From Bdellovibrionota bacterium (GTDB lineage Bacteria; Bdellovibrionota_G; JALEGL01; DATDPG01), in the NCBI GenBank assembly GCA_963668355.1, contig OY764265.1, positions 1,344,001 through 1,408,000 of the forward strand: 64,000 nucleotides of DNA, read 5' to 3'. The translations under genes were made by a program, and so were the position numbers. Positions 1 to 8,801 of the stretch are shown in pieces (positions within the stretch are counted from its first letter, which is position 1; each line of letters starts with the position of its first letter). The notes under the pieces are model-generated. The model worked only from the letters and a program-made list of their open reading frames with translations. It was not told the origin of the DNA and searched no databases.

Positions 1-752
1 TCTTTTCCGGTAAAATCATTCCGATGCAGAACTTCCTCTGAAACCCGAGCCATTTCACTGACAGCAAATTTGAAGACTTGTTTTCCTTCTTGACGAACGT
101 AATGGAGTTTTTGGTCCACAGTTTCGTGTGAGGGGGGTTGTTTGCACCCACCGGCGGGCTGACAGAGAAGTTCTCCTCCTGATCCATCGATGTGGCAAAC
201 GGTGTCCAAAATTCCCAGGCCCGTGGTTTCGGGAACCGGCTCAAGGAGTGCGGCCCCAGCCCCGTCACCAAATAGAACGCACGTGTTTCGGTCCTGCATG
301 TTCAGAATGGAGCTCATGGTGTCGACGCCAATGGCCAAGACCTTTTTGTGTTTTCCCCCTCGAACAAATTGATTCGCAACGGACAAAGCATAAATGAATC
401 CCGAGCAGGCCGCCTGGATGTCAAAACCCCAGGCATTCGTGGCTCCAATTCGATCTTGAATGAGACAAGCCGTAGCTGGAAACATCATGTCGGGAGTGAT
501 GGTTGCACAAAGAATCAAATCAATTTCTTTGGGGTCCGTCTTGGTTTTCTTCAGGAGCGTTTCAGCAGCCTTGGCGGCCATGTCACTTGACGTTTGTCCT
601 TCTTTGACAAAATGGCGCTTCACAATACCGGTCCGGGTTTGGATCCATTCGTCCGAAGTATCCACGAGTTTTTCGAGGTCACGGTTCGTGACAACGCGTT
701 CCGGGTGGTATTGAGCGACTCCTGTTATTGCCGATCGAAGTGGTGCAGCCAT
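1..752 (-). CDS. fabH: 3-oxoacyl-ACP synthase III (FabH); 3' end runs off the window
   Basis: Not in the ORF track because it is truncated. Manual translation from ATG at 752: MAAPLRSAITGVAQYHPERVVTNRDLEKLVDTSDEWIQTRTGI...FDIQAACSGFIYAL...DRNTCVLFGDGAGA, with the FabH DTSDEWI, catalytic AACSGF and LFGDGAGA motifs. Confidence 0.95.
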   Translation of the reverse strand, partial: MAAPLRSAITGVAQYHPERVVTNRDLEKLVDTSDEWIQTRTGIVKRHFVKEGQTSSDMAAKAAETLLKKTKTDPKEIDLILCATITPDMMFPATACLIQDRIGATNAWGFDIQAACSGFIYALSVANQFVRGGKHKKVLAIGVDTMSSILNMQDRNTCVLFGDGAGAALLEPVPETTGLGILDTVCHIDGSGGELLCQPAGGCKQPPSHETVDQKLHYVRQEGKQVFKFAVSEMARVSEEVLHRNDFTGK

Positions 753-981
753 AGCGAGCCCTTGTAAAGTATGCTTTTCGTTCTGGCAAGATTTGCTTGA
801 AATTTCCTTTGGAATGGGTGGGTTACGCGGTTTTCGTGTCTGAAAATGGGTAATTTTTGTAACGGTTTATCCGAAAGGAACGGAAAAAAACGGAAACATA
901 AGCACCATTGACCGGAAAATGTATAAGCTGTAGAATTTATTAGGTTTCTTTGCACTCGTGTGCTCGAAATGAGGAGGTTTT

Positions 982-1524
982 GTGTTACGTCGTTCGATCT
1001 TAGGAACGTTATGTTTTGCTTTGGTGTTTTGGGTAACGCCAATTTTCGGACAATCCAAGTCGTCTAAGGTCGCTCCCGTGAATATGCGTGCGGTTGAAAA
1101 GCAGATCGCGGGAATGAGTGATGTGTTGAAACGACTTTTGCTCGAAGCTAAAAAGGCCAAAAAGAAAAATGAAATCGCCCAAGTGAATTGTCTGGTGGTG
1201 AAAATCAATTTGGTTAAAGGCTTCATGCAAGCCTCTTCGCGAGCCAACTTAGTGCTTACAGAAGCTTCGTTCTCGGATGACCCTGTGACGGCCAACGCGT
1301 ATGCCTCCAAAATTGCGTCGTACCGTAAGCAGGTTGATGAGATTGGAAAATCGGTGGATGAATGTAGTCAAACGGACACGGTTCGGGAGGGATCGACCCT
1401 GGTGTATATCCGGCCGGAAGAAGGGGTTGAGACAGATTTGACGGAGATTGCTCCTTGGGATTGGGAAGAAGAGACAGGACCGGAAGAGTTTCCGGTTGTT
1501 CCCCCCGCAAGTCCTTTCAGGTAG
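982..1524 (+). CDS. Secreted, predominantly alpha-helical hypothetical protein; first gene of the polysaccharide export operon
   Basis: AGGAGG SD before GTG 982; signal-peptide-like N-terminus; helical core with two Cys (VNC, DEC); acidic, Pro-rich C-terminal tail ending PPASPFR. Confidence 0.8.
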   Translation: MLRRSILGTLCFALVFWVTPIFGQSKSSKVAPVNMRAVEKQIAGMSDVLKRLLLEAKKAKKKNEIAQVNCLVVKINLVKGFMQASSRANLVLTEASFSDDPVTANAYASKIASYRKQVDEIGKSVDECSQTDTVREGSTLVYIRPEEGVETDLTEIAPWDWEEETGPEEFPVVPPASPFR

Positions 1525-1562
1525 AGGGTCTCTAGATTTTTCTGTCTTCTGTATCGGAAGCA

Positions 1563-2849
1563 GTGAAAAACTTTTGTAGGTTCAGACAGAGTTGGCCTTG
1601 GAAGTCAAAAGGTCTAGGTACACTTTTTGTGTGCTTGTGTACGTGTGTGTCGATGCCTTTGACCGTTTTTGCAGATGTTACGGAGATGCATTCCACCTAC
1701 TCCGAAAGAGAAACGGGATTTCGCTTGGGGGGTCGGGGAAGGTTTCACGCCATTCTCGATGTTCTAGGGACATATGACACCAATACCCTCTACAGTGATA
1801 TCAACCCTCAAAGTGATTTTGTTTTCGATATTACTCCGGGAGCCGAGTTCCGTTGGAATAGTCACAAGCTGGAAGTGGACTCTGGGTACCGTTTCAATTT
1901 TCATCGAAACTTGGAGCAAACCATCCAAAATGATTTGGCCCATCGGGCGAACATCGAGGGAAAGTATCGTTGGAGTCGTCGCATTTCCACAATTGTGGAA
2001 GAAAAATTCGAAAAGACGACCGACCCTGCGGATGTGGAAATTCCGGAAAGGCTGGCGCGATTAACCAATGAAGCGTCGGCTGAAATTCTTTATTCCACGC
2101 CTGGAAAAGATCTAGACTTCGGCTTGCGTTACACAAACATGTATCGCAGGTATGACGCGTCCTTGTCAGCGCTGAGTTACTATAACAACAAGGTCAGCAT
2201 CACTTCTCGCGTGAATATCTCATCCCATTTTCGATTTCTGCCCAAAAGCGTTCTATTCAGCAATATTGAGTATGGTCACAATGATTTTAGGGATGATCCG
2301 ACCACCGTAAATGCCAATAGCGACTCTGATGGTGTTACGATTTCCGCAGGGATTCGATCTCAGTTTTCCAGACGATTTGGGGCGATGGTTCAAATGGGAA
2401 CTAGTTTGGTTTTCTTCGATACAGGACCCAATGCCTACAATGTTACCGGGGGCGTGAGGGGTGACTACCAAAATGGAAGAGGCTTGTCGCTTTTATTTGG
2501 GTATAGCCGCATTGCGCAAATTAGCACGTTTACCAATTATCGTGAGGAACATCGCTTCAATTTGGATTGGAAGCTCAAAATCTTTCGAAAGTTCGAATTG
2601 TCATCACAAATTCTCTTTCAGTTGATAGACTTTTCAGGACCAACCACAAACATTGATGGCTCAGCCAGGAGTGACATTGTGTTACAGTCCACAAGCACAC
2701 TGAAATATTCGATGCGAAAATGGTTGGATCTTTTACTGCGCTACCAAGCGGATTGGCGTTCATCTAACTCCATAGCGCCATTATTTGGGACGGCCAGTGC
2801 AGACTTTTTGAAACATCAGATTTCGGGAGGTTTTTCTGTTTACTATTAA
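1563..2849 (+). CDS. Outer-membrane beta-barrel, Wzp/EpsX-like polysaccharide secretion porin
   Basis: Signal peptide; YDTN..SD(F)..ITPG opening typical of EPS-associated barrels; alternating amphipathic strands; aromatic C-terminus GGFSVYY; directly upstream of OPX and Wzc. Confidence 0.8.
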   Translation: MKNFCRFRQSWPWKSKGLGTLFVCLCTCVSMPLTVFADVTEMHSTYSERETGFRLGGRGRFHAILDVLGTYDTNTLYSDINPQSDFVFDITPGAEFRWNSHKLEVDSGYRFNFHRNLEQTIQNDLAHRANIEGKYRWSRRISTIVEEKFEKTTDPADVEIPERLARLTNEASAEILYSTPGKDLDFGLRYTNMYRRYDASLSALSYYNNKVSITSRVNISSHFRFLPKSVLFSNIEYGHNDFRDDPTTVNANSDSDGVTISAGIRSQFSRRFGAMVQMGTSLVFFDTGPNAYNVTGGVRGDYQNGRGLSLLFGYSRIAQISTFTNYREEHRFNLDWKLKIFRKFELSSQILFQLIDFSGPTTNIDGSARSDIVLQSTSTLKYSMRKWLDLLLRYQADWRSSNSIAPLFGTASADFLKHQISGGFSVYY

Positions 2850-3813
2850 CTTAAAACGTTCATGGCTTGCGATTCTGGTGATCCTATGGGGACTCAACCT
2901 CAACGCAGTGGAAACCTACCGATATACAATTGGTGTGGGAGATGTTTTGAATATTCGGGTTTTGGGGGAGGCGGATTTCACGGGACAATACCGTGTGGCG
3001 GCAGATGGAACGATTGACTACCCCTACATTCGTCGCATTGAAGTCCAAGGAAAAAGCCCCAAAAATTTAGGCGAGCATATCGCAAAGTTGTTAAAGGATG
3101 GCTATTTGGCAGACCCCCATGTCATGGTGGAGGTTAAGGAATATCATAGTCAAAAAGTTCTTGTTTTGGGAGCGGTAGCAAAGCCCGGAACCTATGTGTT
3201 AATGGAGAATACGCGTGTGTTGGACCTCATTTCGCGCGCGGGAGGAATTACAGAGGTGGGGGGGAAACGCATTCTCCTACTTCGAGATTGGGAAAACCCC
3301 GAAGAAAACAAAACTTTGCCAAAAAATTCGGACCAAGACACGAAAGAGTCTGTTTCCAAGGAGAAGGTTTCTCCAGAGACGAAAGAATCTTTGCAACCCG
3401 TGAAGGAAGATCTTTCCGAGAAGACTCCTTTGGCCGCGCTCAGGAAAAAGGGGGCTAAACCTAAGGTGATTGACTATCACCGTCTGGTTCATAAAGGTGA
3501 CATGACCGAAAACTATCGTCTTCGAAATGGAGATATTTTAAACATTCCCAAAGCCAATGAGATCTTCATTTTTGGGAATGTGGCCAAGCCGGGCCCGGTA
3601 AAATATGAAGACGGGATGACCATTTTGCAGGCGGTAACCTTGGCAGGAGGGCCGACCCCAGAAGCCTCCACGAAATCGACGTACATTTTGCGTCGAAACG
3701 AAAAAGGAGAGACAAAAATGAAAGTCCGATTGGATCGAATCATCGAAAATCGGGCGAAGAACATTCCATTATTGGCCAACGATGTTGTTGTCGTTCCGGA
3801 GAGTTTCTTTTAG
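2836..3813 (+). CDS. wza: Short periplasmic OPX (Wza-like) polysaccharide export protein: Poly_export plus two SLBB domains, no C-terminal outer-membrane helix
   Basis: YTIGVGDVLNIRV...DGTIDYPYI...GKS (Poly_export); V.GAV.KPG.Y and GNV.KPG SLBB repeats; ends DVVVVPESFF. ORF track starts at GTG 2878; I propose CTG 2836 (see findings). Confidence 0.88.
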   Translation: MFTINLKRSWLAILVILWGLNLNAVETYRYTIGVGDVLNIRVLGEADFTGQYRVAADGTIDYPYIRRIEVQGKSPKNLGEHIAKLLKDGYLADPHVMVEVKEYHSQKVLVLGAVAKPGTYVLMENTRVLDLISRAGGITEVGGKRILLLRDWENPEENKTLPKNSDQDTKESVSKEKVSPETKESLQPVKEDLSEKTPLAALRKKGAKPKVIDYHRLVHKGDMTENYRLRNGDILNIPKANEIFIFGNVAKPGPVKYEDGMTILQAVTLAGGPTPEASTKSTYILRRNEKGETKMKVRLDRIIENRAKNIPLLANDVVVVPESFF

Positions 3814-5943
3814 GTGGAGCTTATGCAAGATATTCAAATCAAAGAATATGCGTATCAAGTTTGGCGAAGACGCAAACTCGTTTTAATTTTTTTGGCGACG
3901 GTCATGGCCATCACCGCTTTGTTTTCAGCACGGCAAACACGGGTATATCGAGCGGCCACAACGATTGAAATTGGCGCCGAAACACCTGATGCTTTTTTTC
4001 AAGACGTGGTGAATGTCACTCCGTACGGATGGTGGAGTGCTTTAAAATATTATGAAACGCAGTATCAGGTCCTGCAAAGTCGTTCGCTGATGTCCAGGGT
4101 AGCCGAACGCGCGATCGAAAAAAAATTGGTCAAGGGCGTGAGTGTCGAAAGATTGACGTCGATTTTAAAAGGTGGAATTTCCATCGGTTCGGATGACAAG
4201 AGTCGACTGGCGACCATTTACTTTGATGATCATGACCCCCAACGGGCGGCGACGTTTGCCAATTTAATTGCGGAAACATACATCGATGAAAATCTGGCCA
4301 ATAAGCTACGAGGGGTGACGCAAGCGGTGGATTGGTTGACCCAACGTCTGGACGAAATCCGAAAAGAAAAACGAGTTCAAGAAGAAGAACTTCAAAAATA
4401 CAAAGAAGAAAAACGTTTGGTGGATGTTGGAGATGGTGGGGATGTTGCGCGAGCCAACTTGCACGCATTGGCAGAGTCCCTCAATCGTTTGAAAAATAAG
4501 CGAATTGAAATCGAAGCCCAGTATCGGAAACTCAAGTCCTTGGTTAAAGGAACGAAGCGTGTGGATGATCTTCTGGGTGTCGTTTCAAGCGAATTGCTTA
4601 CCAAGCTAAAGTACGATTTGGCCGAGTTGCGCAGCCAAAAGGGACGGTTTGATCAACGGTATGGAAAGAAACATCCGAAGATGGTGCGTTTGACTGCTCA
4701 GATCCAAGCGATCGAGGGTTCCATTCGCCAAGAAATTACCAACGAGGTGGATCGCTTGAAAACGAGATATCTGTTGGCCAAAGCGGAGGAGGAATCCATA
4801 CAAAAGGCTTTGGAAGAACAGAAATTGGCCACGCTCAAAGCCGAGGAGGCCAATCGAAAGTTAGCAGATATTCAGATGGTGACGAAAATGAACCAAGAAC
4901 TGTTTGAAGCCTTACAGAAAAAACTAAAAGAGGCGGATCTTTCTGCTTTGGTTCGAAGTAATAATATCCGAGTGGTAGATGCGGCCTTGGTGCCGACTTC
5001 GCCCATTCGACCGAATGTTATGGCCAATATGGTATTGGCCTTGGTGATCGGTTTGTTTGGCGGAATTGGTTTGGCTTTGGGCGTGGAGTCCATGGATGAC
5101 ACGTTGAAAAACCATGAAGACATTGATCGCTATCTTCAACTTCCCGTTTTAGGTGTGATTCCGCGTTTGCAGTCCGAGGATGAGGAGCATCCCAGAGAGA
5201 TCGAGTTGCTTCCATTTTATGAACCCACGGAGCCGATATCCGAGTTCTACCGTACCCTGCGAACCAACGTGATGTTTTTGTCGGCCAATAAGGGATATAA
5301 AAAAGTGACCGTGGTTTCGACCAGTCCGTCAGAGGGGAAAACGTCCTGTGCGGTGAATTTGGCCGTTACCATGGCTCAAGCGGGGCAAAAAACCATTCTT
5401 GTGGAGTTGGATTTAAGACGACCCAGATTGCATAAGAAATTCAAGAATTCCACGAGAGAAGGGTTTACGGATCTTTTGGTGGGAAGCTCTGCTTTGGATG
5501 AAATCATACGCACTTCGGAAGTACCGAATCTAGACTTCATTACGGCGGGGACAATTCCTCCAAATCCAGCGGAGCTTTTGGCATCGGAAGCTTTCAAAGA
5601 GGCCTTTCGAGAATTGGAGAAGCGATATGATCGCATCATTGTGGATTCCTCTCCGATTGCCCCAGTGACAGACGCAGTCATCATTGCGCAGGAAGTGGAT
5701 GGAGTATTACTCGTGGTTCGTGCGGGTCAAACGCATCGAAAAGCCGTTCGGTATGCTTTGGATCAACTCAAAAAAGTAAATTCCGAGGTGTTGGGTGTTG
5801 TTTTGAATGATGTGGATGTGGGGCGTTCGGGTTATGCCGACTACCAATATTATAAATACGGATACTCCCACTATGGATCGGACACCGAGGGCGATGGGGA
5901 TGACGTCCCCAAGGGGCCACAGTTGCCCACGGCAAATGCATAG
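3814..5943 (+). CDS. wzc: Polysaccharide co-polymerase with fused BY-kinase (Wzc/GumC family)
   Basis: Two TM segments flanking a coiled-coil periplasmic region (YGKKHPKM); Walker A SPSEGKTS; ELDLRRP; PPNPAELL; IIVDSSP; Tyr-rich tail YADYQYYKYGYSHY. Start may be ATG 3823. Confidence 0.93.
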   Translation: MELMQDIQIKEYAYQVWRRRKLVLIFLATVMAITALFSARQTRVYRAATTIEIGAETPDAFFQDVVNVTPYGWWSALKYYETQYQVLQSRSLMSRVAERAIEKKLVKGVSVERLTSILKGGISIGSDDKSRLATIYFDDHDPQRAATFANLIAETYIDENLANKLRGVTQAVDWLTQRLDEIRKEKRVQEEELQKYKEEKRLVDVGDGGDVARANLHALAESLNRLKNKRIEIEAQYRKLKSLVKGTKRVDDLLGVVSSELLTKLKYDLAELRSQKGRFDQRYGKKHPKMVRLTAQIQAIEGSIRQEITNEVDRLKTRYLLAKAEEESIQKALEEQKLATLKAEEANRKLADIQMVTKMNQELFEALQKKLKEADLSALVRSNNIRVVDAALVPTSPIRPNVMANMVLALVIGLFGGIGLALGVESMDDTLKNHEDIDRYLQLPVLGVIPRLQSEDEEHPREIELLPFYEPTEPISEFYRTLRTNVMFLSANKGYKKVTVVSTSPSEGKTSCAVNLAVTMAQAGQKTILVELDLRRPRLHKKFKNSTREGFTDLLVGSSALDEIIRTSEVPNLDFITAGTIPPNPAELLASEAFKEAFRELEKRYDRIIVDSSPIAPVTDAVIIAQEVDGVLLVVRAGQTHRKAVRYALDQLKKVNSEVLGVVLNDVDVGRSGYADYQYYKYGYSHYGSDTEGDGDDVPKGPQLPTANA

Positions 5944-5950
5944 GACATTC

Positions 5951-7729
5951 TTAGTCTTGAAGTAGTAAATCTGGGATGGAAGGAATGTTGATCCAAGGCA
6001 GGTTGGATTCTTGTGCCAATTTTTCCAGCTCCTCTTTTTTATCCTTCGAAGCAGAGGGGATGCAAATCACAATTTTATGGATTTGATGTTCGGCGGCCAT
6101 TTTTTGTAAGTTCTGTGTGGAGCCAATCACAGGAATTCCCAGAATCTTTTGATTCCATTTTTCTTTGTCGTCGTCCAGAAGGGCGACGGGTCTCAGTCCC
6201 CAATCCCTGTGTTTTCGAATATCTCTCAAAAGGTTTCTTGAGGCGTCTCCTGCGCCGACGACGAGGATACGAATGCCTTCTTCTGGAAACGCCAAAACAG
6301 ATTCGCGAAAGGTTCTCAATAGGGCTCTGGCGCCCGTCATAAAAATAAAAAGCAGAATGAAATCGATGGCGAAAAGCGTTCGGGAAAAACCCTCAAATCG
6401 ATTGACTGCAATGATGGCCGCAATGGTGGCGAGAGAGGCGTACATCGAACTTCGAAACAGCCGAACAGAGTTGTCAAAATCAATGTACGTCCATATGCCT
6501 CGGTATGTACCAGAAACCACAAGCATGATGAGCTTGATTCCCATGACCATCGGAAGGGTTCCTGCCAATAGGTTCAAATTATATGTGTCCAACGTCCAAT
6601 CGTAGCGAAGCATATAGGCTAATGAGTAGCTGGTGCCGATCAATAAGGTGTCAATGGTAATTTCAACAAAACGTCTTTTGGAGTAGAAGAACAATGACCG
6701 AAAGCGTTTCTGTTTGGGGTTGTTTGTTGGAACACGATAAACGGAAACATCCGTTAAAAGCATTCCAATTGTGAGAATTAAAACCAATCCTCCACAAATC
6801 AAAAGAGCTGAAGTTTGAAAATTATAAAACCGCGCCACGATGGCCACCAAACCCAAGAAAATCGATAGACCCCATAAAATCCACACCGTGTGTTGCTCCC
6901 CGAAACCCAGCGCAACCAGTCTGTGGGAGGTGTGATCTTTTCCGCCTTCGGCCACTTTTCGACCATGAAACTTTCTTTGGAGCGTGACAAAGGTTGTGTC
7001 AAAGATGGGAACCGCAAGGATCAGGGCTGGAGTTACCAAAAGAATGAAAAGGTTGCTTGCGCTTTTCCATGTATCCAAAATGGTTAAACAGGCCAGTGTG
7101 AATCCCATCCACTGTGCGCCGCAATCTCCCATGAATACGCGAGCTGGGTGGACATTGAAAAGTAAAAAGCCGGCAATGCTTCCAGCGAAAACGCCGATCA
7201 GTTCATGAGGAATGGGCAGAGAAGAATGCGAAAATAAAAACCCAAGCGTGATCGTCGAAATCAGTGCAATTCCTCCCGCCAATCCGTCCATATTGTCGAG
7301 AAGGTTGAATGCGTTGGTGATGCCCACAATCCAGAGCAACGTTAGAGGAATGTATATGAGGGGATGGCCCGAAAACGTGAGGTGAACGCCCAGGAGCACC
7401 ATCAGACAAGCCATACCGATTTGTCCGACCAGTTTAATATAAGGGGGGAGCGGACGGATATCGTCGATCAGTCCCAGAAGAAAAATAACACTGCCTCCCA
7501 AAAAGACTCTTCCCATATTGGAAAACGTATGAATTCCAAAAGCAAAAAAGGAAATTGCGAAGGCGAGAAAGATCGCAACCCCGCCAAAGGAAGGAGTTGC
7601 TCTTGTATGCCAACGGTCTCCTGTGGGTTTTTGCATCAACCATCGAAACGTATCTCCGGAGGCCACGATGACCCGTGTCGCAATGGCAGAAAAAAGGAAT
7701 GTAATGAAGAAAGGATAAACGAAGTTCAT
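5951..7729 (-). CDS. WecA/MraY-family polyprenyl-phosphate HexNAc-1-P transferase fused to a CapD/PglF-type N-terminal membrane plus Rossmann-like region
   Basis: TPSFGGVAI, GLIDD, NAFNLLDNMDGLA, FMGDCG and DHTSHRL (WecA motifs), followed by GTYRGIW..., ILVVGAGDA, LLDDD and I.GIPVIG (CapD/WbpM N-terminal region), with no dehydratase domain. Confidence 0.85.
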   Translation of the reverse strand: MNFVYPFFITFLFSAIATRVIVASGDTFRWLMQKPTGDRWHTRATPSFGGVAIFLAFAISFFAFGIHTFSNMGRVFLGGSVIFLLGLIDDIRPLPPYIKLVGQIGMACLMVLLGVHLTFSGHPLIYIPLTLLWIVGITNAFNLLDNMDGLAGGIALISTITLGFLFSHSSLPIPHELIGVFAGSIAGFLLFNVHPARVFMGDCGAQWMGFTLACLTILDTWKSASNLFILLVTPALILAVPIFDTTFVTLQRKFHGRKVAEGGKDHTSHRLVALGFGEQHTVWILWGLSIFLGLVAIVARFYNFQTSALLICGGLVLILTIGMLLTDVSVYRVPTNNPKQKRFRSLFFYSKRRFVEITIDTLLIGTSYSLAYMLRYDWTLDTYNLNLLAGTLPMVMGIKLIMLVVSGTYRGIWTYIDFDNSVRLFRSSMYASLATIAAIIAVNRFEGFSRTLFAIDFILLFIFMTGARALLRTFRESVLAFPEEGIRILVVGAGDASRNLLRDIRKHRDWGLRPVALLDDDKEKWNQKILGIPVIGSTQNLQKMAAEHQIHKIVICIPSASKDKKEELEKLAQESNLPWINIPSIPDLLLQD

Positions 7730-7751
7730 TTAAACCTTCCCACGAAATGGC

Positions 7752-8726
7752 CTAGACAAAAGAAGGGTCTTTGCGGAAAGAATCGATGACTCGATCCACG
7801 ATTTCATGGAGGCCCACGGTGGGTTCGTAGCCGATGGCCTTTTTGATTTTTGAAATGTCTGGCATACGTTGGGGCATGTCCTCGAATCCGGGCTCGTATG
7901 CTTCTTCATAGGGAACAAAAACGATCTCGGAATTCGATTGTGTTTTTTCTTTCACCATTTTGGCCAAGTCCAAGATCGTGATTTCTTCGTTTCCCCCTAT
8001 ATTGAATACCTCACCATAGGAGCTTGGGTGGTTTACAAGCTTTGAAAGGGCCTGAACAACATCTGTGACGTAGGTAAAGGTGCGGCTTTGTGTGCCATCT
8101 CCGTAGACGGTGATTTCCTTTCCCGTCAAAGCTTGCTTCACGAAGGTCGGTAAGACCATTCCATACCGAGATGTTTGTCGCGGTCCCACGGTGTTGAATA
8201 GACGAACAAGGCTTACCTTCAATTTGGTTCTTCGGTGGTAAGCAATGGCCAAAAATTCATCAATGGCTTTGGAACAAGCATAGCTCCAGCGAGCATGAGT
8301 CGTTGGGCCGAAGACCATGTCATCATTTTCTTTGAAGGGAGATTTAGAGTTTTTTCCATACACCTCTGAAGTTGAGGTGATGAGGATCGGTTTTCGCCAT
8401 TTATTGGCCAAACCGAGAATGATTTCTGTTCCTGCGATATTGTTTTCAATGGTTCGAACGGGTTCCTGCACAATCAACTTGACTCCGACCGAGGCGGCCA
8501 AGTGGTACACAAGATCGGATTCTTTCACGAGGGGTTCGATCGTGGGTTTGTGAAGGGAGGATTCCACGATGGTTTTGAATTTGGGGTTGGTCTTCAGATG
8601 TTCGATGTTTTGAATCGAACCCGTGGAAAGATCATCAATGATGGTGACATGGTGATCTTGTTTGAGAAGGTGTTCCGCCAAATGGGATCCAATGAAACCA
8701 GCACCGCCAGTAATAAGTACATTCAT
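7752..8726 (-). CDS. NAD-dependent nucleotide-sugar epimerase/dehydratase/decarboxylase (extended SDR; ArnA C-terminal/UXS-like)
   Basis: GGAGFIGS, STSEVYG, RWSYACSK (YxxxK), RLFNTVGPR. Confidence 0.9.
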   Translation of the reverse strand: MNVLITGGAGFIGSHLAEHLLKQDHHVTIIDDLSTGSIQNIEHLKTNPKFKTIVESSLHKPTIEPLVKESDLVYHLAASVGVKLIVQEPVRTIENNIAGTEIILGLANKWRKPILITSTSEVYGKNSKSPFKENDDMVFGPTTHARWSYACSKAIDEFLAIAYHRRTKLKVSLVRLFNTVGPRQTSRYGMVLPTFVKQALTGKEITVYGDGTQSRTFTYVTDVVQALSKLVNHPSSYGEVFNIGGNEEITILDLAKMVKEKTQSNSEIVFVPYEEAYEPGFEDMPQRMPDISKIKKAIGYEPTVGLHEIVDRVIDSFRKDPSFV

Positions 8727-8801
8727 AGCGTAAACACTTTACCACTCTGTTTGCTCTCACGACATATTTTGGTCCGAGGAATTTTTTTGGGCAGGAGGAA
8801 A

